Of a stretch of DNA of 64,000 nucleotides, positions 25,901 to 36,083 are shown piece after piece (the stretch's first letter is position 1; every line of letters starts with the position of its first letter). The notes under the pieces were generated by a model. The model had not been told where the DNA came from, did no database searches, and worked only from the letters and a program-made list of their open reading frames with translations. The position numbers and the translations under genes were made by a program. Source of the stretch: Takakia lepidozioides (Eukaryota; Plantae; Bryophyta); NCBI GenBank assembly GCA_030704615.1, contig CM060732.1:6758001-6822000 (forward strand). The letters run 5' to 3'.

Positions 25901-27494
25901 TGACGCGCACCTCAGTTCGGTAAACTCCCCTCAAGTCGTAGTTACTCGCTTTGATGCGCGCGCCTGACTCCCAACCTGGCCGCCGGGCCAACTTGGAGTT
26001 TCGGCTGCTCACCGGGACATAACGGTCCCCTTCCGCTTCCCTCTAAACCCTCCACCTATTTGGGACTAGGAGAATCCCCTTTGGTAGATGGCAGTCCGGA
26101 ACAGCTCCCCACTCTTTGGTCGCTTTCCGGCTCGCTCGCTTACTCACTAGTTTTTGGTCACCAACGGGCTTGCACCGTTCTCGGGGTTACTACTCCCTAT
26201 ATATACTTCTGTAGCTGTCCGCGGGGGTTTCATAACCAGCCATGCCATTTTATGGCGAACCACCACGAAAACCCTCGACTCCCGGTGGTGAGTCGCGGTG
26301 AGTCTTGGCCCACTCACCGCGGCCCCAATGGACCGTGATGAGTCCCAAGACTCCCCACGACTCCCACCTCGAGGTCTCCACCCCATGGTGAGTCCTATGC
26401 CACCCCCACTAAGTCCCACTAAGCTACCACCACCCCTTGTGGAGCCACCTCCACCGCAACCCGGTGTGCGGGGCTCCACCTAGTGAGCGCCTCCGCCTCC
26501 TTGAGTGCCTTGGGCACTCAAGGGTGCTTCAGCCCCCCATACCTATCGCTGCCGCTGCCCCCACCACAGGGGCAGCCCCTCATGTGTCCCGACCCCCTGC
26601 CCTCAAGGCAAAGGGCCGCGACACACACCCCTACCAACAGGGAGTCGATGTCCTCATCGACTTGTCCATTTTGTAGAAACGAACATCCAAGTTGTGGCGT
26701 CCCACATCAAGGAGTTTGTTTCCGTACCATGGCGTCCCATGGCAAAGAACCAAACCCCACACTTGACTCCACTCTCCACTAGCTAGTTCGGCCGACTTCC
26801 TCCAAGTCCCGGCCAAGGGTGGAGCCTCTCCAGCTCCTCCCAGTGCACTCTTCTTGGCCTACTTCAAGGCCAAGGAACGATCCTCCCCGAGGATCGAATC
26901 GCCTTACTGCACAACATTGCTTGCGATCGCTCATGATGCCGCTTTTGGCATCACCTTGAGCAAGGGTTCACCTGGAACCCTCTTTGACTAGGAAGATAAC
27001 CTTGAACCAACCGTGCGCCCCAATCACTACAATTGGGTCCGCCTTGGAATGCTGGCCTGAGGTACGGGAACACGCCGAAGCCGCACTACGACTTCGTCCC
27101 GAGGCTACACGATTATAGTACGTGAACGGAAGCACGTAGCTTCCGCGTTAGCCCGCACTACAAGGCAACCCCCTCGGTAGCGCAGTTATAGTACACGCAC
27201 GCGCCAGGTGCGCACTAGCACTTGAACTCCCAAATAAGGCGCAAGTTTCCTTGCCCCTTGGATGGGAGTCACCCGATTTCGGCACTGCGCAAACACACGA
27301 TTAACCCAATTTACCTCTCCCACTTTTGTAAGCTAGCATGCATTCTACACACCAGCCAACCACACCATGCATCACCATTCCAAACACAATAGGACGCACA
27401 ATATTTGGAACCCATTTCCTTTATCACAAATTTTTGTACAATACAAGTTTTTGCAATCGGATTCCTGAGCTAGCTAAACCGGGCTAAGCATGCA
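25901..27494 (-). repeat. Probable 3' LTR of the chromovirus Gypsy element (left boundary uncertain)
   Basis: On the minus strand a purine tract (GGAGCGTGGGGGAGGAAA, 27495-27512) follows the integrase stop and precedes TG at 27494. No partner LTR in the window. Confidence 0.5.
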
Positions 27495-27528
27495 TTTCCT
27501 CCCCCACGCTCCAAGGTTGATGTCCCCA

Positions 27529-28137
27529 TCAACGCTTCTTCCGCTTTTGAGGTCGCCCTTCGAACGCTGCAACTGCCTCGGATGCGTTTCCCATTTCTGA
27601 GGCACGCACCCAAGATGCCTCCACAAGATGATAGCCCTTCCATTTGACGAGATACTCCGTTTCTCGGTTCTTGAACCTCCTCGACTTAAGTATTGCCTCC
27701 ACCTCGTACTCGGGTTCATTTTCATGATCCAACAGCATAGGTGGCGGACGCAACACTTGCTGCCGATTCGGACGTGCTTCATCTTTGAAGTAAGGCTTCA
27801 AAAGGGAGACATGGAATACTGGGTGCACCTTGCTGTTTGCTGGCAGCTCCAATTCATACACATCCTCATTCATAACCCTCCGAATGCGAAAGGGACCCGC
27901 ATACGGAGGTACGAACTTCGGACTCATTTCCGGAGGTAGTCGAAAATTCTTGATGTTCAACCAGACCTCTGTGCCTGCCTCAAACTTCACTTCCCTCCGC
28001 TTCCGATTCGCCTGCCTTTCATACCGTTTCCTAGCTTTGGCAATGTTGTACTTTGCGAGCTTCAACAAACGCTCGCGTTCTTCCAGTACCGCCGCTACTG
28101 CCGGTTCCTCAACGTCCTGGGCGGCCCAACTTGTCGG
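27529..28137 (-). CDS. pol: Ty3/Gypsy integrase C-terminus with GPY/F motif and chromodomain (chromovirus)
   Basis: PPYAGPFRI, VHPVFHVSLLKPY, EYEVEAILKSR...YLVKWKGY...SW. Reading continues from PLVPTS (41680-41700) across the MULE insertion. Confidence 0.9.
   Translation of the reverse strand, partial: PTSWAAQDVEEPAVAAVLEERERLLKLAKYNIAKARKRYERQANRKRREVKFEAGTEVWLNIKNFRLPPEMSPKFVPPYAGPFRIRRVMNEDVYELELPANSKVHPVFHVSLLKPYFKDEARPNRQQVLRPPPMLLDHENEPEYEVEAILKSRRFKNRETEYLVKWKGYHLVEASWVRASEMGNASEAVAAFEGRPQKRKKR
28129..28137 (+). repeat. 9-bp target-site duplication ACTTGTCGG (left copy; right copy 41680-41688)
   Basis: Identical 9-mers flank the TIRs. Removing the element restores the integrase frame. 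Confidence 0.95.
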
Positions 28138-28360
28138 GGGGGTTGCTATTCCATGAGCTCATGAGCGGTGAGCTCATGAGCTCATGAGCGGGCATGGCTA
28201 ACCCATGAGCCGCAAAGTAACACACTTCGAATTTCGGCAGATTTTTTTCGGGCCAAAAACTATAAAATAATCAAAAATCGAAGATTTCCGCGCTCATGCT
28301 GGAAGTACTCCGCTCATGAGTACCAGTGTACGCTCATGACTTGGAGCCCAGGCTCATGGA
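28138..28360. repeat. Left TIR and CATGAGC/GCTCATG subterminal motif cluster
   Basis: Repeated CATGAGC near 28152-28212 and GCTCATG near 28291-28358. Confidence 0.85.
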
Positions 28361-28397
28361 CCGCCAGGCCAGGTCATAGAATAACAGAATTCTGGGC

Positions 28398-28866
28398 AAT
28401 AACGGCACCGAAATTATCCCAGAGGCAGAGACGCAAGCGGAATTAGGATCCGGGTTTGCAGACTCCGAAAACGCAATGGCGACCTATAACCGTGGATAGT
28501 ACTATTGCAGAAGTGCTGGATGGTTGGTTATAACGAGGCCGTAATTGGGAACAGGAAAAGAAATAGCGCGCTGAAGGCTCGGGAGTGAAGCCAACAACGG
28601 TGAAAGTAATTGGGCTCTGCCAACCAAATACCCGGCTGCATCCTCCGGAATGCAGGCGATAACGGCGCCGAAATGGGCCCCGGAAACCAAATACTCGGCT
28701 GAAGCCACCGGAGAGCAGCCGATAACGGCGCCGAAATTGGGTCCGGAAACCAAATACCCGGCTGAAGGCTGGGGATTGCAACCAATAACGGCGCCGAAAT
28801 TGACCTGCGGAAACAAAATTCTCGGCTGAAGCTTCCGCACTCCATGTAATAACGGCGCCGAAATTG
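28398..28866. repeat. Subterminal 63-64-bp tandem units with ATAACGGCGCCGAAATT
   Basis: Centres at 28664, 28727, 28790, 28854, with degenerate copies at 28404, 28535, 28599. Confidence 0.85.
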
Positions 28867-28986
28867 GGCGTCGGAGAGCAAATACCCGCCTTACGGTGAG
28901 GGAGGCCTTGCTCTCATTTTGCTCTTCACTCTTCTCTGTTGTGCCCATGTCCTCCCTGCTTTGAGTTCGTGTTGTGTCGTGAGGCC

Positions 28987-29538
28987 ATGTCGTGCCCGAA
29001 TCACATCTATCGACGCCAGACGGGAGTCATTTTCCCGAAAGCAGACGACATCATTGTCTTCCTGGATGTTTACAGGGAAGATCCTCGACTTGTCCAGCTG
29101 AGAGCAATGGAGTTTCTTCCAGGATTGCACGACTCTCCTGGACCCCGGCTGGGGAGCAGGTGGTTCCTACGCATCATGGACCTGGACTTTCCGCATGTGT
29201 GGGAGCCGAACAGATCACGCACAGCGTTGCTGTATCGCTGGAATTGTTGCGAGTGGACGTATGATGAGTGCATAGGTGAAAACTTTACGCGTGGACGGAC
29301 TGGCTCGGAAAGTGGGGACATTCTCTTCAGTTATGAGGATGAGGAGGAGGGGAACACAGGGCCCACTGTGAAAATGTCCTTCTACCAAGGGGGCGCTATC
29401 GATAAACACGACATCCTCGTTAGTTTCAACCGGGCGACAGAAACCACTGACATTTTGTTCAAATATAGGCACCCGGTCACTCAGGAGGTCCTTGAGAGGC
29501 CAGTTCGAGTTCCTTCTTCTTGGGCGAGGGGACCATAG
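28987..29538 (+). CDS. Small accessory ORF of unknown function (~183 aa), convergent with the transposase
   Basis: Open frame from ATG 28987. A diverged homolog at 11688-11990 supports coding status. Confidence 0.65.
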   Translation: MSCPNHIYRRQTGVIFPKADDIIVFLDVYREDPRLVQLRAMEFLPGLHDSPGPRLGSRWFLRIMDLDFPHVWEPNRSRTALLYRWNCCEWTYDECIGENFTRGRTGSESGDILFSYEDEEEGNTGPTVKMSFYQGGAIDKHDILVSFNRATETTDILFKYRHPVTQEVLERPVRVPSSWARGP

Positions 29539-29994
29539 GTCTTGCATGCTAGAGTAGACATGTTTCAACTTGCTGACACTCATGGCACATACATTTTCAT
29601 TCAGAAATCAAGCAGCTTCCCTGTGCCATATGGGGAATATACAGGCTTCGATAATCTTCTGTTAATGTTATTTGCAATTCACTGCCAGTATGCTGGGACG
29701 TGTCCTTTGTCGTATGGATTGCTGTTTGCACAAGGTGCAGTATGCAAATGCTGGAATGTGCAGTAGGACCCTTCCCACTGGGACACAGAACTAGCAATCT
29801 TGTAAAGGCATCACATTTGCAGAACAGTAACAATGTATTTGTAGCAAATTGGAGTCTTCTCATAAAGGTGGACGAAATTCACATGTAGCCATGGCGATGC
29901 GGCACCACCAAGTGTATAATGCCTCACAAAAAAATAGGGTGCAAGAAGATGAATGTAATATAATTGCCACTAACTCCTTCCCGAATGTGGAATG

Positions 29995-32900
29995 TCAAGC
30001 AGTCCGACCAGTATCCTGCCGTAGGGCCTTGTGCAGCTCGTTGAAACTCAGTGTTGGAGCATGGATGAAGACGTCCACTGCGGATATGCAACTCATGCGC
30101 TTCATAAAAATGTAATAAAGGTGTTTGCAGGGGACGTATGCTGCATTCCTCGATTCCATAACAAGGAAGTCCTCACAGTTACAAGCTGGGTACTGTGAAA
30201 CCGTGATTGCATACACGACACTGCGCGCAGCAGACCCGGCTGTTGACAACTGAAATATGCGCCCCATCCCGGGGTGAGGAACATCCCTGCAACCTTGCAC
30301 TATGCAGGGCATTGCAAGAGCGTTGGCCATCCTGGTGTCGTTCGCCTTTGTTGGTGGCCGCCGTCTTTTCAGTTTACCCCACCGATGGGTGGGCCAAGCT
30401 GCGGGGTCACCCACCGGTATGCGGGGCGAAGAGCTTCTCGTGGGAGGAGGATGACGATTGGGAATTGGATTTCGTGGAACGTCTGTCCTCTCCACCAGTC
30501 GAAACCCTGCACTTCCTAGAGCGTCTGCCTCCTCCAGGGTAAGATCTGTACCACTTGCCACAGGCCAGACTGCCGGTGGTTCAGGCATGCCTTGTACACC
30601 ATACTTGGGCTTGCCGAACACACACGACATGATGTCGTGCCTGCAGAACCAAAACTCCTTCAGTGTGGCCTCCACAAACTTTGCGCACACAAATCTCCCT
30701 GTGAAGCAAGGGGCAGGCACACCGCCCTGCGGGCTCCTCCGAATCATCTCATTGCATCTCTGGTTGGTGTCGACACGAACAGCACAACATTTGCCACGAA
30801 ATGTCGGACGGGTCCGTGCAATTCTCCACTGCGAGGCCGACACATCTCGCTCCACGATTGGAATGTTGTATTGGGTAACGAAAACAGGAGCAGAATGCCC
30901 ATCCTCGGCATGTTGTCCCGAGTCTGGCAGCGATTCCATGGATGCTGCAGGAGAGGGGGTACGAGTCCTGCTTCGTGGAGGCGTGGGACGCAACATCGTT
31001 GCGCCCCGAGGTTGAGTGCGGATGTTCATATCTGATCTCCATGAATCCCCATCCCCTCCGGGCATGTCCTCAATTCTTCTCTTCACCGGCCGGCTGCGGA
31101 CATCGCCCTCCAGGCAGTTCCCCCGACTGTGTAACGGCGTTGACCTTATAGTTTCCCGCAATGCAGCAGTCCATTTTTTGGGATCGGTCGAACGATGCGC
31201 CGCCCTCATCAGCATCTCCTGCCTGTCTGGTCCGATACCCCATTGCTTTCCTCCCAGAAACTGGTAGTAATGAGATTGTTGCATGATGGCCCTCACAATA
31301 TCTTCTGTTGTTGCTGTCAACATGTCAACGAGATGTGCTGCAGAGGAAGCACGCCAGGAAGAGTGCACCGATTCGGCCATGTTCGTCGTCGGCATATCCG
31401 TGTCATCCTCCAAGCTCATGTCCTGTTGAAGGAAATTAGATATGTCACTGATTGTGGAGAATGTCCAAGCACAAAACAGAACAATTGTCAAGTACAGAAA
31501 TGTGTTACCTGTCTCATGTAGTCTCCAAACTGGCGGAATCTATAATGCCACCACGCAAGCCACGTTTGCAGTTCTGGCTGATCTTTCACATCCACTGCCC
31601 CTGAAGACACCCACCAGGCGCGTATGGTTGCAAACTCGGTCTCCGCCTCGTCGATGGAATTCGCATTTTTCCACGCTAGGCACATACTGATATGATCCTG
31701 CCGGTGGCGTGACGCCACGAACCTTTTCGTGTTTTGCGTCAAACTCTGCATGAAGTGGAACCCGCAAGATCTCTCCTTTCCTTCCATTGGAGTCTTTGGG
31801 TCGTCCCCATATACCCTCCTAACTGCAGCCCAGTTTGCCTGGGCATTGTCAGCCATGAAGCCCCTAAAATCGGGAGGGGGCAACTTGGCTCTCGCCATTT
31901 GCTCATTAATGCCGCGCCACATATGCAACTCCGAATCTGTGTCTTCTCCCTTCATTTCGCAGATAGCAATGGTCATCAACTTTCTGCAATGTGGGTCGTA
32001 TACATGTGCCCCCATTGTCACCCAATCGTGGTTGGTAATTCGCCGGATGTGGTCAAACATGACCCAACAATTTGAGAGGTCTCCACTGGTCATCCGCTTC
32101 ACCAAATCGACGCCGCTCCCCGGTCCGCACGTTGACATCTTAAATATGAAGCACCTGTCCATCTCCGAGCCTTGACCAGGAAAGAAGCTGCCTTGGATGA
32201 AGTCGTAGCCGCATGTGCGTTTCACTTCCAAGATGGAGTGCATGTCTGATCCTCTTCCGATTCGTTTCTTGCAGCTGACAATGTGGTTCCTGACATTGGG
32301 GCTGCACACATGGGAGACAGCTTCCAGCAGGTCCTTCATGTCCCCCTCGCCCAGCTTCTCTCTTGTGCTTCCGTCCTCCGACATTATTCTGCCAATTGCA
32401 ATCCTATGTGCCGATGCGAGCTGTATCTGCTTTGGTTTTGCACCCGGCCTCAACCTCACCTCCTCCTTGATAATATCCTGGGCTTGTTGAAAAGCGACTC
32501 TGCAATTGCCTCTGGCGAGGGGGTGCTCATGCTTTCCGATGTGAATGCATGCTCTGGTGCACGCTGGGCCGACGGTCCCGACGTAGTACTGCTTGGCGTT
32601 GCACACTGCCATGCACGTAGGGGCTGCGTTGCAATGGGCACACTTGAACGTCCCTGCAGGAACTCTACCTTGAGGCCAAAATGGGGTCGACGAATTGCCA
32701 ATCCAGTCAGTCTCATTCCTGGTGCCTTTGCTAGTGTAATGGTAACATGTGCTCGAGAAACATTTAAGATGCCCAGCACACAATACATATCTCACTCGAA
32801 CTCCATCACCCAGGTTGGACGATGAAGTTTTGGTGACACACCAAGGGTGGCCGTCATGTTTCCTGTTCATTCCTGCGAGCATGCCGTCTGGGCCTGCGCC

Positions 32901-33593
32901 TGCCGGCACTGGAGGGAACTCGTAGATAGCATTCCCATCCACAACATCAGGCAAAAATTCCACAGAATGGATTGGAGTTTTGTCGTAATCAAGCCTAAGA
33001 AGGTCACTGGAGCGGGAACCCGTTGTCTTCATCCTCCGCAATATGTCGATTACTGAGCGGACGGAAGTTGAGTCGGACGGTGTATGCTGAACACTCCTAG
33101 TGACGGACGACTTCGAAACATACGATGGAAGGACCATACAGTCTTCATCGTCACTGGATAAGTCGTGGACGACTGTTTCCCTGTTTTCCTGGATTTCCCT
33201 TTTCACATGTTTGGGCTTCTCTGCTTGTGAAGAGGTGCCCACATCCTTCACATCTTGCACCCCAGACCCTCTTGTGGAAGGAGGATCAACCAAGTTCCAG
33301 CGTGGGAACTCTTTAGGCACGATTTCACCAATGGCACTGTACCGGATGGATTCAGAAGCTGGGAGCCGCCACTCTTTGCCTTTTCCGAAATCTGCATGCA
33401 GAATGACGGCACTTTCCAGAAAATTTCCATAAGCATCCTTCGTCTCCTCTTCCAAAAACACCGTTCCAGGGCGGAGCCCGAACTTCACACACAAGTACTG
33501 CTCAGTGACAATCGCAAATCCTTGGTCGCAGGGTATTTTAGCTTTCAGAGAATCAGGATGGAAGTACACGTTGACCCAAACACGGGAGTCCAT
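29995..33593 (-). CDS. Intact MULE transposase, ~1170 aa; exons 33593-31509 and 31422-29995
   Basis: GCM/WRKY-like CAGHLKC...C...CAHC...HIGKHEHP; WVMFDH, FMADN, CGFH, TNMAESVH; C-terminal SWIM CNCEDF...PCKHL. 86-nt GT-AG intron at the same position as in subfamily A. No stops. Confidence 0.92.
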
Positions 33594-33779
33594 TTTGAAG
33601 ACGGGACCTCTCGGTATGCTCCGCAGCGAAGTCATGCAATGAGAAGAGTGTGTCCTACCTAATAACACAAATGATTTTCTGGAGGATTCCGTATCCAACA
33701 TGATGGGTGATCAGTGCACGTAAAGATGAAGGTGTGTAACGTACGTTAAAAAAACGGACGAAAACAGCAAGTTCACATC

Positions 33780-35575
33780 GGATATTTGGTGCCTGAATTG
33801 TAATGTACAACCACTTGGGGTACAATAAATCAGGCCTTCCCATGAATTTCGGCACCGAAATCTGGATGAACATCTCTGTCATGTAACAGCTTTGGAAGCC
33901 AAGGGATGAATTCTGGCAACAGAAATCGTAATTTGTTTACCTCATAAAACTGACTAAGCACCCAACGGATGGATTTCGGTGCCGAAATTCGGATGAACTT
34001 CTTCTTCATTAAATTGTATCTGCACATATGGGTTGAATTTAGATGCCAAAATACGGATAAATGTGTTCCTGATTACAGTCGTGATTGACCCGGAAGTCCT
34101 TTCTGTTTTTATTTTTCTTTGCGACAGATGAACTTTGGCGCCGAATCTCATCCAAGTACTCCCTTTTAATTTCCCTTTTTCTTCGAGAGCAATGAATTTC
34201 GGCGCCGAAATCAAACCAAAATCCTCTCGATTTTTTTTTTTCCTTCGCGAGCATTGAATTTCGGCGCCGAAATTCATTCCAAGTCCAGGAGATATTTTTT
34301 ATTTTCCTTCGCGAGCAATGAATTTCGGCGTCGAAATTCATACGAAGTCCTCCAGAATTTTTTTTTTCCTTCGCGAGCAATGAATTTCGGCGCCGAAATT
34401 CAGACGACTTCATCCCTCCAAATTCTTTTCAGGGTTTTAGCGGCGGATTTCGGCGCCGAAATTCATCCAATGCCTTCCCTCCAATATTTATTTTTCTTTG
34501 AAATGGATCAATTTCGGCGCCGAAATTCATCCTTACTGTCCGCAATGAGTAACTCTAATATTACATTTTCTATGCGACGGATGAATTTCGGCGCCGAAAT
34601 TCGTCCAAACCCCGGCACTTACTTTTTGGTTTTGGATGATAATTTTCCGTAAATCTTTGGAAATACCCCGTTCCGACGAATATAACAGGAATATTCTGCA
34701 TTTAATGGAGAAATCGGCATATTAAACCACTTCTGTCAAAATTAATTGCATTTTAGCCGTTTTTTTTTCGTTTGAAACCGACAGTATCCATGAAGTGGTC
34801 TTTTTCGCACGGGACGTTGCCGCACATAAAGTATAATTTCGGCGCCGAAATTATAGTTAAATGTCCAGAAATGGCAAGTCCAACAGTCATGGACAGCATC
34901 CGTCAGGGGCAATGATGGCGGCAAAGCATAGCATCGTGCAGATTTAATCTTCGCTCTGGATGAATTTCGGCGCCGAAATATGGATGATTTCACCTCGTCT
35001 ACGCGCGGACGCTCATATTCGTAATGAATTGCGGCGCCGAAATATGGATGGAATGTGCCGAAGTGCAGCCGTTTCCGTTGTCCCGGAATTGATTCCGGCT
35101 CCGATATCCCACCGACAGGTTGCTCATGACGAATGAGGACTTGCGAAGCGATGAATTTCGGCGCCGAAATATGGATGATTTCACCTCGTCTACGCGTGGA
35201 CGGACATATTCGTAATGAATTTCGGCGCCGAAATATGGATGAAATGTGCCGAAGTGCAGCCGTTTCCGTTGTCCCGGAATTAATTCCGGCTCCGATATCC
35301 CACCGACAGGTTTGCTCATGACGAATGAGGACTTGGAAAGCGATGAATTGCGGCGCCGAAATTTGTAAGTTTGTGTATGAAAGCACTTGAATAGGATGAA
35401 TTTCGGCGCCGAAATTCATCCGTCCGCTGATGAAACGTACCGACCTGACTGTTGAATGTCATATGCAGGCGATTTTCATGGCGGTTGGGTTTCATGATGT
35501 GCGGATATTTCATTCAATGCCGGCTGCTCCGGGAACCGCATCCGGTGAACGGAACGTATTTCGGTGCCGCAATTC
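33780..35575. repeat. Intergenic array of GAATTTCGGCGCCGAAATTC palindromes, mostly 62-64-bp spacing
   Basis: Centres at 33788, 33851, 33915, 33978, 34042, 34137, 34201, 34263, 34327, 34389, 34452, 34516, 34590, 34841, 34969, 35033, 35097, 35160, 35224, 35288, 35352, 35405, 35563 (some degenerate). Confidence 0.95.
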
Positions 35576-36083
35576 GGATAAACCGTCATACACTGGTGGC
35601 TGGAACTGGCACGCGTCGTGTTCCAGTCGACTTCATCCGTGCGAACGTGTCAGGGGTCACAATCTCTTCATCACCCATACGGCAGAAAGTGGTGGACGGT
35701 GGCAACGCTTCGGGAGACGTGGCTGCTTACGCATCTGCTCGTGCATAGTGGTTGCATGTTCCACCGCTTCGCTCTCTCGCTCCTTGCCCTTCTGCAGTGA
35801 CGTTCTCCTGCGTTTCCTCTCCTTATGCGGCATAGTGGTAGCATAGAGTTTGTGGAAGGTCAGGCGACTCCGGCAAAGAGGAGGACGCGGGATTTTGGGA
35901 AGCCGCCGACGACACGACTTAAGCTCCGTCTCATGCATGAAATGCAGACGTCGTTATCCGGAGACTCGGATCGCCCACCAGTGAGAGATTCGTGCTTCGC
36001 GGATGTGAAGCACTCCATACGCAATATTCCTTTGACACCTTTGTTTTGGCGTGCAGTGTCTCATGTTTTCCTGTTTGTTTGAC

